64,000 nucleotides of DNA from Macrostomum lignano (lineage: Eukaryota). Numbering within the stretch: position 1 is the first letter of the stretch; each line of letters begins with the position of its first letter. The notes below the pieces were generated by a model. It saw only the letters and a program-made list of their open reading frames with translations, ran no database searches and was not told the DNA's origin. The position numbers and the translations under genes are program-made. The DNA is taken from contig NIVC01003472.1 of NCBI GenBank assembly GCA_002269645.1, forward strand, positions 32,223-96,222. Direction: 5' to 3'. Below are positions 1 to 12,904 of the stretch, in pieces.

Positions 1-310
1 TTAAGCGACGAAGAACAATGAAATTACACTAAAACATGTATCATCGCGGCGTGTATGCAGGAAAAAAAGAATTTTCCAAATCGCTTCAGTAGAAGCTGAG
101 TAAAATGCAATTTTCCAATCCTTATGGGAATTCCAATGTGTTACCCGGCTTCCAAATCAGATGCTTACTGTATGCTTATTAAGCGACGAAGAACAATGAA
201 ATTACACTAAAACATGTATCATCGCGGCGTGTATGCAGGAAAAAAAGAATTTTCCAAATCGCTTTAGTAGAAGCTGAGTAAAATGCAATTTTCCGATCCT
301 TACGGGAATT
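1..310. repeat. Tandem duplication with ~178-bp period (second copy partial)
   Basis: ttaagcgacgaagaacaatgaaattacactaaaacatg... starts at 1 and again at 179; near identity continues to about 310. Confidence 0.85.
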
Positions 311-1104
311 TGTATGTTTAAATAATAAACTTACGTTGAATACAATTTATTGCAAACGAACTCTACAAAATGCACGTTGTCAAGAGTAACGAAAGTGATA
401 AACAAATAAAACCTTAAAATAATGTTAAATATGTTGTAGAATTATAGAGTGTAACATTATAAGATAGTTAAAGTTAATAAAATACATTATTATAGCTTTT
501 CAATCATTTTCATTAGACTCATTTTAGGTCGTAATTAAACTTACCGTTTTAACAAATCATTTTATTAAAAATAAAGCTATACGAAAATAATTTGTGCTTT
601 AATAGACTTTTTTACTTTTTAAAAACTTGAATAAATTTATTTTATAGCTTTATTGCTTTCAAATTGCCAAAAAACGAATTTTCATAAAACTTGCCCCCGA
701 TTTTTGGATTTCCCCAACTGCATTGCGGAACTATTTGTAACACTATCAGAGATGAAAAATGTAAGCCCACCTATCTGCGACACGTATAAAATATGTTCTA
801 TAGTTTCAGTTATCAGATCCACTTTAGTTCGCCTGTACTGAGGTAGCACGCAACAAAGATTGCTAAAAATAACACCGGTTTTTTAAAAAAATTCTCGATG
901 GAATTAATAAAGGAATCTTGGAATATCACTGATTGGCCTTCTTCCTGTCAACTCATTTAGATTTAGAAAAAGCTCAAATGTATTATGTAGCTCTGTAACT
1001 ACAGAGAGTAAGCCCTATAGCAATGCAACAAGGCCTATTAACTTACAAGTTTCATAGATTCGACGGAGCTGTATATAGAAAAATATAATTCTCAACAATT
1101 GCAG

Positions 1105-3870
1105 ATCACTCATATCCGATGGACCAGCTGGTATGCAATTGTGCCCTGCAGTCTGAGCTCGGCGGGCATCTGTGCCACCCTGTTCGTGGTGGTCACGTTT
1201 ATGAAGTGAGCCTTAATAATGCTAATTTAAGTGTACTGGCTACTGGTAGCAAGGGGGCTGTGTGCACCACTGGCGCACTTTAAGCGACGTTGTCGCACAA
1301 CCGGCGAGAGGCATTACTGCCCATTCCGGCGACTCCCCTAAGCAGGCACACAAGCGCGCGGATACGTACGCAGGCACACACTCACACAGGAGTGTACAGC
1401 GGCCCTAACTTTATTAACCGTTAGGCATTGTACACTTCACTGTGCCTTGAGGGTTGGCCCTCAAGGCCGTTAATTGCACGAGCAGAGCCAAACCGAGATT
1501 CCAATTTAGCCCCAAATTAATGTGACTGCATTTGGATTCCAAATTGGGCTCGAGCCTGGGACTGCAAAGTGAGAATACTGTAAAGCTTTATATATAGCGG
1601 TACAGCGGGAGGAATTAGGAGAGAAATGATGCAGGAAGTTGTAGCTGCCACCACACCGACCGCACCCGCGGCCAGATTCAACGAGACGCCGGTGGTGAAG
1701 GCGTCGGGTCGCGAGCAGAGCTACGCCCTGCTGATCGGCTGCCTTCTCTGCTACCTGACCAGCTTTCTGTTGCTGGCCAAGCCCAGCCCAGCAGTCTGCG
1801 CCCTGCAACGGTGTGGCGTGGGCCTCGGCTTTGCCGTCATCTACGCCGCCCTGCACACGAAGACCAACCGAATCGCTCGGATATTCGAGGCGGCTCGACG
1901 GACGGCGCGTCGGCCGAGCTTCATCTCGCCCCGATCCCAGCTTCTCATCACGGCTGGCCTCATCAGTGTGCAGCTGGCGTCCACTTTACTGTGGCTGGTA
2001 GTTGATCCGCCGGCAACTCGAGTTCTTCAACCGCACAGGTAACCCTATGGGGCAGCTCGTTTTTAGGGGCTTCATACATTTTCCAACTCTGCTGCACGGG
2101 TTGTTCCTTTGCGACGGATTTTCAAAATGCTTCACTAAAAAAACTGGTTGCGTAAAGCAATATATGGTTCGTTTGATATAATAGTAGTACATAGAAAACA
2201 GTATTTCAGAAGCTCAAAACTGGCATAAATATACATTACTACTTAGTATGTGGTGTTTGAGCCTAGTTGTTATAGCCTAATGGTTAGAGCGTCGGACTCA
2301 CGACTTGAAAGTCGGCGGTTCGATTCTCGACCCAACTCGGAACAATATGTGTCCTTGAGCAAAAACACTTAACTCTGCATTGCTTCAGTTCAACCCAGCT
2401 GTGAAATGGGTGCCAGCATTAGCTGGGGTAATTGAGGGTGTGTGGCGACCCCCCCCCCCATTCGTTTGACTGAACAGCCGTACGCAGCCTTCGGTTGCGC
2501 CAGGCAATAGCTGCGGCTGAGCTGTCGGTTGCACATCTGGCCATCAGGGCAGGTGTAATCAGTTATAATAATATTATTATTGTTGTCAACAATGGTAGAA
2601 GAGTGCTGGCTTATCAAATCTTGAGCACAATTTTCAAGCCTATATATTCACTCTCTGCAGGCTTGCGGCCGTTTTAGTCTGTCGAGTCGAGCGCCAAGCC
2701 TTCATAGCCTCGCTGCTGTACAACGCCTGTCTAATTATCGTTTGCACCTATTTTGCCGTTAGAACTCGGCGAATACCGGAGAATTTCAACGAGTCCAAGT
2801 TTATTGGTTTCACAATGTACACAACTTGCGTCATTTGGTTGGCATTTGTGCCGTTGTACTTTGGAACGGAATCGTCGGTTGAGGTGTGTCTAATACAGTT
2901 TTCGTGAATCATTGGTGATAAAAGTCCTGTGACAAAATTTTCAAGCTCGATCTAGCATCTGCATGCCAAGTTTTTTGAAAACTTTTGATGAGGAAATTTG
3001 TTAACCAGTCCTGAATATTAAAGACAATCAGACAATCAGGAAGTTTTGGAAGTATCGTTCAAAAGAGGCGCATGCCAAACCCTATATGCAGATGCAGGTT
3101 TGCACCCTGTGCATCAGCATCTCTCTATCAGCAACTGTCGCTCTCACCTGTCTGTTCGCGCCCAAGCTGTACATCATCTTCTGGCAGCCGGAGAAGAATG
3201 TTCGAAAGTTGACAGTTCATTCCAATCATTATCGGAGAAACGCGTCGAGTAGCGGAAGCTTTGCCATGCAGAGTGAGTCAGTTTGATATGCTGAGGAGTT
3301 GGACGAACTTGGTGGAGAATATCGAGTGATTTATTGTATGGTTCAAACTCCACGATGCCATTAAAATCATTGTAAAATATCTGCATCCCATACGAAGGTA
3401 TCCATGATTAACTAAAAACTTTGCTAAGTGCACTGGGAGCAGATGAAGCATTAATCAGATGCATTCAGGTGTTTTTCCCCGATTTCAAAGACCCAATAGC
3501 GGACGCCAGCTCCAATCAGCATCGACAGCAGCGGCGGCTTAGTCAGGACAGCGAAGTTGTTCAAAACAGAATCGGCAGTCCGCAGCAGAAGCAACAACAG
3601 ATTATGAAGCGACGCCTCAGGCTACTTAAACCGCCACTGTCGCTTCCAGTCAGCCACGACGTCGTGAACGGATTAGCGTTAGAAAATGCTGGCACACCTG
3701 GTGAAGACGTTTGCATCGACGATAAGCCAGAAGACAGCGTCGAAGAAGTTCGGCAACCGGACACGGTGACAGCAAAGCCGGTTCCGCTAGAGGTGGTTGC
3801 CAACCAATGCGCAGAGTCCAATCCAAACAGCAGCTGTAGCGACTTTGCCTACGAGGAAGGATTTGTGTGA
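1105..3870 (+). CDS. Metabotropic glutamate receptor-like class C GPCR, 7TM and C-tail exons (5' exons not seen in window)
   Basis: Exons 1105-1205, 1676-2038, 2661-2883, ~3092-3272 and probably ~3443/3469-3870. The first four join in phase with GT-AG sites. Hallmark motifs: FNETPVVKASGRE, TKTNRIARIF, RRIPENFNESKFIGFTMYTTCVIWLAFVPLYFG, LFAPKLYII. The acceptor of the last exon is uncertain. Confidence 0.92.
1250..1585 (-). mobile_element. tRNA-derived SINE, family B copy 1 (mGluR intron)
   Basis: ~300 bp homologous to 33675-33930 and 51150-51495; body contains hairpin gccttgagggttggccctcaaggc; degraded B-box on the minus strand. Confidence 0.7.
2265..2580 (+). mobile_element. tRNA-derived CORE-like SINE, family A copy 1
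   Basis: A-box tagcctaatgg, B-box ggttcgattct, then tgtgtccttgagcaaaaacacttaac...ctgtgaaatggg resembling the MIR/CORE domain; AT-rich tail. Inverted copy at 4215-4505. Confidence 0.8.
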
Positions 3871-4214
3871 CTACACACAGGTTTACTGAGTTCAAGACTT
3901 ACTCCGGATAACTCAGATAACGGATAACTATGTTAGGAAGACTCTCTCTACACTCTACCTTCTCTGTAACTATACAGACTTAAGTGTCTTAACATTAGTA
4001 ATAGCATTGCATACTGGAATATATATTATCCCCAGACCTTCACCCAGACACAATAACAATTAGTTTTGGTCATTATTTCCCTATTGCTTCCCAATGTACA
4101 TTTACATCGTGTGTACGAATTTCATCACGTGACTGCTTTATATTGTCTTTATCATCTATCCACCCTCTTTCTCTTTCCACTAGTGTGAAAAAGTGTGGAT
4201 TTATACTAATAATA

Positions 4215-4505
4215 ATTGATTACACCAGCCCTAATGGGTAGATGTGCAACCGACAGATCAGCCGCAGCTATTGCGCGGCGCATCTGAAGCTGCGTACGGC
4301 TGTTCAGTCCAATGACTTGAGGGTCGCCACACACCCTCAGCTACCACATCTAATGCTGGCACCCATTTTACAGATTGGTGAACTGAAGCAATGCAGAGTG
4401 AAGTGACTTGCTCAAGGACCCAAATTGTTCCGAGTGGGATCGGGAATCGAACCCCTGGCTTTCAAGTCGTGAGTTCGACGCTCTAACCACTAGGCTACAA
4501 ACCCC
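4215..4505 (-). mobile_element. tRNA-derived CORE-like SINE, family A copy 2
   Basis: Reverse complement aligns along the whole of 2265-2580 (tagcctagtggttagagcgtcg...ggttcgattccc...gggtccttgagcaagtcac). Confidence 0.8.
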
Positions 4506-5202
4506 TCTGGAAAAATGGTAGACTTTAGTATATCGAGCTCAGTAACGAAGGTAAGAAGGGTTGGATAGATAATAAAGTTGGGAAAGTATAGTCAACGCAA
4601 TGGACTTTGTACATTGTGAAGTAACTGTGGAATAATAGCGAAAACGAATTGCTATTGTGTCGTAGGAGAAAGTATATATACGCAATTAAATGTGTGCTGG
4701 ACAAAATGCATATACAATGCATATTTTAGTACAAGTATGTACGAAATTATGTTATTGTTCCACCAAAAATAGATTGAACACATAATAGCTATTCAAGTTT
4801 AATTGGGCTTTTGCCTATTTAAAATAATATGTATTAAGATTAAAGACGAAAAACCTGATGACAGCTCTAAAACATTTAATATAAGTGCTTGAGACCTTGA
4901 TTTATATTGGGCTATAATCTCAAATTGGATTCTAACTTGGGCCCAGTGTTGCATTGGAAAAAAGATTAATTGAACAGTTATGGTCGACTTTTCGTGTGGT
5001 ACCGACTAACAATAATTATGGTAAAGAATAAAAACTGAATAAAATGGTTCAATAATTGATTTAAACCTAAAGTCAATTTTAGGTGCATTAGTGGGGTTAG
5101 GCTTATCTTCAACATGCATTTAGAATACCAATTTTTAAATCGGTCATGATCAAGACTAATTCAAAACACCGCTAGTGCAGAAAGATGTACTCGGCCTTGA
5201 AA

Positions 5203-7292
5203 TCAGTAACCTGTTGGTTCCGAATCTTCAGCCGTCTGAGCCGTTGTCCCATCGTGCGAGTGTCCGTGATGTCCGTCGAGAAAATCGGAGCACCGGTTCT
5301 GCAGTGCGGCGCCTCCGGTATCCATGCTCTCGCAGTGGGCCAGACGCTTCAGCATGATGGTGATGGCGGCAAGGATGCAGAGTGACAACAGCGCTAGGCC
5401 GCACTGGATTAGGAAGAAACCGGAGAAGTTCAGGCGATCGATGACCAGACCGGAGAATAGCGGCGCGGTGAGCATGCCCAGACCGGCTCCCAAGCGGCTC
5501 ATCGGGAAGGCCACGGAGCCGTCGAGGTTCATGACTTCCTCGGCGGTGGCGTACACCATGGTGTTCCCCGTGCCGATTGACAGGCCGGACACGAAGCCGA
5601 GCACGTACTGGAGCCCCTGCACCTGGCGGGTGAAGAACCACAAAAACAGAGTCAGCGCCAGGGTGGCCGAACCGCCCAGGTACACCAGGATGAGCTTGCC
5701 GCGGATATGGTCACCAAGCAGCATGCCGGTGACGTACATCAACGACTCGCCGACTGTGTAGCAAAGCTGCACTTTAGTTGCCTTCGTCTTGATCAGCACA
5801 GCCCAGTCGGAATCGCCTGCCGGCGTGGTGTTGTTATCAACAGAGCTGAACTTGGGCGTCGAACGGGATATCGAGTCGTATTCGAAGTCGTACAGGTTCA
5901 TAGCCAAGCTGTACATCACCATGTTATGCACTGTGCGCTGCAGAATCCACAGAGCAATCGGGGGTCGTTCGCGAATTTCCTTCAGAGTACAGAAGCCGAT
6001 AGTTCGCTTTTTCTGCTGCTGCTCCGGCTTCAGCTCATGCCGTTCGGACGGTCTGGCGCCGTCGCTGCTGGCGCTCTCGGAGGCAGCCTGCTTGTCCAGA
6101 TCGTCGTAGTCAAGCCGCTTCGGCTCGTAGACAAATCCGGCTACGAGCATCTCGATTAAGAACACGACGCCCATGAATCGAAAGGCGTTCCGCCAGCCGT
6201 CCTCTCGGATCCAGTAGGCGTAGATCGGGCAGAAGATAATGGCTCCGAATGGCCCGCCGGACACCAGCGTGGTGGCCAGCACGTGGAATCGATGATTCCT
6301 ATCGAAGTACTCGCCAACAATCAGCGCCGCCGAAGTCATGGCCAGAGCGGAGCCGACTCCGTGGATGACGGTGTGTGTGAGGAACATCCAGCCAGGGCTT
6401 GGCATGTAGGACGACGCCAGACAGCTGATGAAGATCAGAACTCCGGCGATAGTCGAGGCCAGGCCGTAGTGACGGCCGTAAGTCAGCAGCGCGGTGGCCA
6501 CGAAGGGCATCAGGAAGAAGCCGGTCGCTGCGTAGCTGTCGCCTGGCAAATGAAATCGAAATCCGATGTTCTCTCATTCAAATTACTCTATAGTAGACAC
6601 CATTGCATTGAACCCTGGGTGTACACGCACATGGATACGTCAGAAGGTGTACATGTCGGTACTCCCGGACCACTGCCGGCTAGAGAACTGATCAACTGAT
6701 TAATAGTCCTAGTCCTATTTCAAAAAGCACGCGAAGACGGCAATAACTCGTAGTTTTGCGTTTGTTCTGTCGTGAATTTACAAGTATATCGTGTTTTTAT
6801 TTCTGTACGAGCTACTACTGAAGAACGCAATGAATCACACTGTCAACTTAATTGCAGTGTTTCTAACTGGATTTTCTTAGAAATGAACTGGGGGCCTAGC
6901 GACGATTTTTCCTGACCGAATTTGTCTATGGCCAAACTCCAATCAGCGCTATGCGTTCTCTGACCTTCTCGGACCTCTGACCGGATTCCGGTCTTTGCTT
7001 GTCAGTTGTCATTCCTCAATGCATGAGAAATTTGACATTTAAAAGCCACAAACCAGAAAGATATATTTGAGCTCAGCTCACCGATCATGTTCAGCTCCAG
7101 TTTAGTACTATTGAACTGTTCGTGCAGCTCGCCTAGAAAGATGGAAAAGCAGCGCCTTTTGCCGCCAACAAGAATGACGCTGGCGGCAGCGAACGCTAGG
7201 ATGAACAGGTGGCGGTACCTGAAGAAGATCGACTCGCACCATTGGAAGCAGCTTCTGGCCTTGTCCGCGGCCGTTGAAACTCCCTGCTGCAT
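5203..7292 (-). CDS. MFS transporter, monocarboxylate transporter (SLC16/MCT)-like
   Basis: Exon 1 7292-7082 (MQQGVS...FSIFLGELHEQFNSTKLELNMI) joins in phase 1 to exon 2 6542-5203 (GDSYAATGFF...IVGEYFDRNHRFH...GWRNAFR). About 12 hydrophobic segments and a large central loop. Confidence 0.85.
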
Positions 7293-7804
7293 TATTGCTG
7301 AAGACTTTCGAATAGCTCGACTGTAGCCTGTTCGAACTCTCTGAAATGTGCAACCAGTCGCTCTCTCGCCTCCCGCATGGGGATTGCGCCCTCTATTTTG
7401 GAGTGGCGTCTGTTTTAAATAGCGGTAGCGAACGATAAATTGCAGGCTTACACCATTGGCTTGCATGATGAGTGAGAGAGCCTACTGCAGTAATAACCGG
7501 ATGCTGGTTCAGTTCTCTCCCATGCTTTGAAAATATTCTGCCGCTAGCTTCAATCTATTCCGCTATTTCGAGCAATTATTTTGTTTAAAACGTCGAGCGG
7601 ATCTATACACGATCGAGATCCGGTCGCAACTGGATGGGTGATCTAAGATGAATCATACGGGATGGAATTTTAGGAGTTTCACTGGCCAGCTCAAAAGGAT
7701 TGTGTTGCATCTGCACAGTTGGTTTATCTCATTAACCATTCTTTCATCAGCAATGTGCAATTAAGACGGACCTGCGTGGAAGGGTGCAGCTTGAAATTCC
7801 CAGC

Positions 7805-8595
7805 TTTCAGCTTTATTGGCTTTATTTTCTATGGCCGAAAGCAGTTCTGTGGCAGTGTGGCTTTGATTGGCTTTATTTTCTATGGCCGAGTGCAGTTCTG
7901 TGGCTGTGGCTTTGATTGGCTTTATTGTATATGGCCAAATTCAGTTCTGTGGCTGTGGCTTTGATTGGCTTTATTGTCTATGGCCAAATGCAGTTCTGTG
8001 GCTGTGGCTTTGATTGGCTTTATTGTCTATGGCCAAATGCAGTTCTGTGGCTGTGGCTTTGATTGGCTTTATTGTCTATGGCCAAATGCAGTTCTGTGGC
8101 TGTGGCTTTGATTGGCTTTATTGTCTATGGCCAAATGCAGTTCTGTGGCTGTGGCTTTGATTGGCTTTATTGTCTATGGCCAAATGCAGTTCTGTGGCAG
8201 TGGCTTTGATTGGCTTTATTGTCTATGGCCAAATGCAGTTCTGTGGCTGTGGCTTTGATTGGCTTTATTGTCTATGGCCAAATGCAGTTCTGTGGCAGTG
8301 GCTTTGATTGGCTTTATTGTCTATGGCCAAATGCAGTTCTGTGGCAGTGGCTTTGATTGGCTTTATTGTCTATGGCCAAATGCAGTTCTGTGGCTGTGGC
8401 TTTGATTGGCTTTATTGTCTATGGCCAAATGCAGTTCTGTGGCTGTGGCTTTGATTGGCTTTATTGTCTATGGCCGAGTGCAGTTCTGTGGCAGTGGCTT
8501 TGATTGGCTTTATTGTCTATGGCCAAATGCAGTTCTGTGGCTGTGGCTTTGATTGGCTTTATTGTCTATGGCCGAGTGCAGTTCTGTGGCTGTGG
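7805..8595. repeat. 49-bp minisatellite, ~16 copies, upstream of the MCT-like gene
   Basis: Unit ggctttgattggctttattgtctatggccaaatgcagttctgtggctgt repeated head-to-tail. Confidence 0.95.
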
Positions 8596-9449
8596 ATGAT
8601 GCTGCAGCGAATTTTGGACTTTCCGCCTGATCGGTACTAATTCACTGAAAAAGAATCACAGCAACATTCAGAAACCGTTAAAATCGAACTTTCATATACT
8701 GCATTTTCGATTCTACGGTATAAACTGATTTTTAAAATCTCTTGTCCATAGCGTTACAAAATATCAATTGGGTTTCATCACAGACAAGCACAGTCATAAT
8801 CTCCTTGGTTCGTTCTCAATGACAACTGGGAATTAGCTGTCTGGGTTGGGGTGCATTTTGGAGAAGGATTGGCCATAGACAATGATTAGCCGTTAAGATC
8901 GCGATCGTACTTTTTTGCCGTGATTGGGCTGAATTATTATATCAAATATCCATTCGATTCAACTATAAGGACAACTCCCTATGCGTGGTGTCACAGACTA
9001 CCTTCTTTCGAGTTTACCGTGAAACACTTCACTATACTAGGTTCGATCGATTTATCGATTTTTAGTTTTGTGAAACACCTGCGCTCATGCGTGCCTAAGC
9101 TGGAACTTTCAAGATCAAACTTCGCTTTGTGAAACACCCATCCCCTGGTAGCCATCAAAGCTAGTGATCCTTTAAGTGTCGTAATTTTTTTAAATATAGC
9201 CAATGAAACAAATGCAATTGAATCTAATATTGGTTTTGCATTTTTTCCCAGTCACAACTAATCCCATCGGAAGTCTCCCATCTGGCGGAGTGGATGGAAG
9301 TGATGAATTTTATAGGAACTGTTTGCTTTATATTAGACGGCAGGCACTGGGGAATTGGCAATCGCTGACATATGTGAAATAGGATGTTGTGAGTCATTTG
9401 AGTTGGATAAAAAACCCAGCAAAACAGCTGCTATCGCGCATCAACAGTC

Positions 9450-11223
9450 TTAGCATGCGTCAAAACCGTGACAGAATTTCTTAGTTAGCATGCCGTTATA
9501 GTTGACGATGCACCAAGGAGCGTTATGCTCGCCAATGGGCGGGTTGTAGTACTTCCAGTAGAAACAGTAGTTGTGCTCGATAGGGGTGCTGGTGGCCAAA
9601 TTCCACAGCTCACAGGGCGCAGTTTTGGTCCGGTTGAATCGACTGAAGAAGAACCAGTCTGGAGAGTCCGGGTTGTAGCAGTCTGCAAAGATTGCCCCAA
9701 GAGGTTCAGCAAGGACTACTAAGTAAACTAGAAGGATTCAACACTCGAAATCTATGGAAACAATGTTTTGAAGGCCAATTTTTGTAGGAAAAAACACAGT
9801 ACGGAGATAGGAAGTTTTCATTTTCAGCACAAATATTGTTATTGCTTTCGATAGGAGGCAGATCCAGTGTTCTTCTTTTGATTTGTTGTGCCTTTCTTAT
9901 TGCTCTATTGATATTCATAATCGAAAGCAATCAAATCCTATCCTATCGAAATCCTATCGAAAGCAATAACAATTTTTGTGCTGAAAAGTAAAAACTCTCT
10001 ATTTCCGTTGTGTATTTTTCGGTGAAAAGTGGCCTTCAAAACATTTTCCATGAAATGCGAATGTCGCGTCCTGTATATACGTTGCTTTAGTTGTCCTTGA
10101 GGTTTAGCTTGCTGGCTAGTTAGTTCTGCATGGGGGGGGGGGGCACAGCCGACCAACAGCCTGCAAAAAGGCAAGCATAGATGCCTATTATTACACTTCT
10201 ATGCATATCTTGAATGTAGTCTCCAGCCTGTGGCTTAATTAATGTGTTCTCCATCGGCAATTATATTCCTTTCATCCTTGGTTGCTCAACTTCTTTCAGT
10301 TTTATCTGTTTGGCAAGTCGACTTCTTTTGCACTATAAATAGAGCAAGACAAAATAGATATATAGCTTATCTATAAGGATTCTTTGTATACAGGGATGTT
10401 TGCGGTCTGGGGGATGCTTGCGCTCTGGGTGATGCTTGCAGTCTGGGGGATGCTTGTGGTCTGGGGGATGCTTGCGGTCTGGGGGATGCTTGCGATCTGG
10501 GAGATGCTTGCGGTCTGGGGCCGGATGCTTGCTATCTGGGGAATGCTTGCATGCTGTCTGGGAGATGCTTGCATGCTGTCTGGGTGATGCTTGCATGCTG
10601 TCTGGGTGATGCTTGCTGTCTTAGGATGTTTTCTTTTTAGAGGGAATGTCTTTTGTTTTGTCGTTGTCTATTTGTTACTTGTAAAGAACAAAGATTCTAT
10701 CCAGAATTCCCCCATTGGGGGGCGAAGATTGCTAGTAGATATATAAATCTTCACATGAGGGGTCGTGTGCACCCTGGCGCACAGCCGATTCTGCCCACTC
10801 CGCAGACTCCTGAGCACACACAAGCGCGTCAAATACTGCACGCAGGCACAGCACTCACACACACGCTCACACAGGGTGTACACAACAGCCCTGACTTTCT
10901 AACCTCATGCCTGAGTCCTGAGAATCGTACGACAAGCCCCCCCCACTGGTCAATGAATGTGAATTCTTTAGAATAATAAAAATAACCAAATCATTCTTAC
11001 ATTGCGAACTGATATAGCAGGACTGGTTTCTTTCCGGGCAATTGTGCAGCAAAATGCCGCCGCCGAATTCCAGAAATTTATCCGAGTTTCTCAGCGCGTA
11101 GAGGTGCTCTGGCTTTCTGTGCGGGTCGCCAGGATTTGAATGGGAGCCGATAGAGCAGATGTGGAATGCTACTAGAACTGCTACGGAGACCAGCAGGTGG
11201 ATTCTTAGGCTTGAATTGGTCAT
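9450..11223 (-). CDS. Small secreted protein (~151 aa) with a C-terminal divergent kringle domain
   Basis: Exon 1 11223-11001 (signal peptide MTNSSLRIHLLVSVAVLVAFHICSIGS; donor t|gtaaga) joins in phase 1 to exon 2 9682-9450 (acceptor ctttgcag). Exon 2 reads CYNPD...TAPCELWN...HNYCFYW...APWCIVN...KFCHGFDAC*, six Cys in kringle order. Confidence 0.75.
9755..10050. mobile_element. MITE/foldback element with ~100-bp inverted arms (kringle gene intron)
   Basis: 9755-9857 (...cagcacaaatattgttattgctttcgatagga) is the reverse complement of 9952-10050 (tcctatcgaaagcaataacaatttttgtgctg...). Confidence 0.7.
10370..10735 (+). mobile_element. Short non-autonomous Helitron-like element with 18-bp minisatellite
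   Basis: 18-bp array (ggggatgcttgcggtctg) at ~10395-10620, then a 3' end homologous to 50590-50661: hairpin cccccattgggggg followed by CTAG|T. The 5' end (a|tctata at 10370) is tentative. Confidence 0.6.
10765..10910 (-). repeat. Diverged fragment of SINE family B
   Basis: gtgtgcaccctggcgca...cacaagcgcg...cacacagggtgtaca resembles 1258-1400; a similar piece occurs at ~51005-51040. Confidence 0.5.
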
Positions 11224-11374
11224 AGTTTGATTGACATATAAATGTTTTGACGTCTTTAACACGTTCAGATTTCAAGTCGAGATCATGCACTCCTTTCTAC
11301 AAGGGTACACTGTAAGTAAGTGTTATACTCGTAATGCAATTCATAAACCCCCGAGGCCATAGACACTGAACTGC

Positions 11375-11545
11375 TCAAGGTTAGAGCGTCAGATTCACAA
11401 CTGAAGGTCGGGGGTTTGATTCTCGATCTACTCGGAAAATTTTGAGTCCTTGAGCAAGACACTTCAATCTGCATTGCTTCAGTTATTGCTTCAGTTCACC
11501 CAAGATGGATAGATAGATAGATAGATAGATAGATAGTAGATAGCG
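11375..11545 (+). mobile_element. 5' fragment of SINE family A followed by a (GATA)n microsatellite
   Basis: ggttagagcgtcagattcac...gtccttgagcaagacacttcaatctgcattgcttcagtt matches 2280-2390; GATA repeats at ~11508-11540. Confidence 0.65.
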
Positions 11546-12129
11546 AGAAAGAGCGAGCGAAGCGAGCTCTTTCGAGCTTGCTTGCCGCAGCCAATCAAGC
11601 TGAAAGCACGCACACAAGATCACCGGAAACGATTAAGGCAGCTGGAAAGCCAATGGGCGCGGTAAGCGCTTTTATCCAGAGGAACTACCTGCTGGAACCA
11701 GCTATGCCGAACGAAAATCAGACTACTCAAGTAGTGCAAAAGAGTACGTGCAACTACCGAGAAATCAAATTTTCGTAACCGCTCCGTCTGTGCGACTGTG
11801 CGACCCTCTCATTATAAAAGTCTTCATTCATCTGTTCTTGGAATTAGCCTCGAGTTAATTACAAAGCGCCAAAGCTCTCTTTTCGAAATTACCTTCCTTG
11901 CTTGCTTGCTTCAACTGTCGAGCAATGATGAAGCCGACGGATTTTGAGAAGCTAGAAAAAATCAAAGATATGAGAGTTTTTCTGGTTTAAAGATGGCTTT
12001 AACGCGACGCGTAAAAGCATCTCAAAAGTTCACACAAATCAGTTTTTGTCTTGCAAGCTATTTTTAGTCGGTTTATTTTGAAGTTCCATGTAGAATCACA
12101 TTTAGTTTGAAAAGCTGAGTTTCTCTGGA

Positions 12130-12580
12130 TTCACAACCCCGTGATAACCTGATTCACAACTGTGATAATTGATTCACAACTATGTTAACTTGATTCACAA
12201 CTGTGATAACCTAGCCTGATTCACAACTGTGATAACCTGATTCACAACTGTGATAACCTGATTCACAACTGTGATAACCTGATTCACAACTGTGATAACC
12301 TGATTCACAACTGTGATAACCTGATTCACAACTGTGATAACCTAGCCTGATTCACAACTGTGATAACCTGATTCACAACTGTGATAACCTGATTCACAAC
12401 TGTGATAACCTAGCCTGATTCACAACTGTGATAACCTGATTCACAACTGTGATAACCTGATTCACAACATTGATAAACTGATTCACAACCGCCATAACCT
12501 GATTCACAACTGTGATAACCTGATTCATAACTGTGATAACCTGATTCACAACCTTGATAAACTGATTCACAACTGTCCTT
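12130..12580. repeat. 21-bp minisatellite
   Basis: Unit cctgattcacaactgtgataa, about 20 copies, with occasional 5-nt (cctag-containing) insertions. Confidence 0.95.
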
Positions 12581-12904
12581 TATCATACACCTTAGCAGCA
12601 TTTTTTAATTCAAAAAAAGTGAAATTTTGCATCTAAGAGCTCAGAAAAGCGCATCCACTATGAGTATGTATTTCATATCGAAAAAGTTATGCTTGCAAAT
12701 TTTTTGCACTGGATATTTGCGACTGCTTGTGACTCCGGATTTTCATCTTTCAAGGCCGCCGCTAATGGCAGGACAAATTAGGAAAAGAGTAAAGCAACTC
12801 GATCAAAAATCCGATCACGATGTGATTAAATTAAGATAATATTAGTGCAAATATTATGATACTCTGTAAGCAATAGTATTGTTGCAAACAAATCCTCGGG
12901 AATG

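Noticed and set aside
4840-4875. Hammerhead ribozyme-like core (gaaa...ctgatga)
   Set aside because: No flanking stems I-III could be paired.
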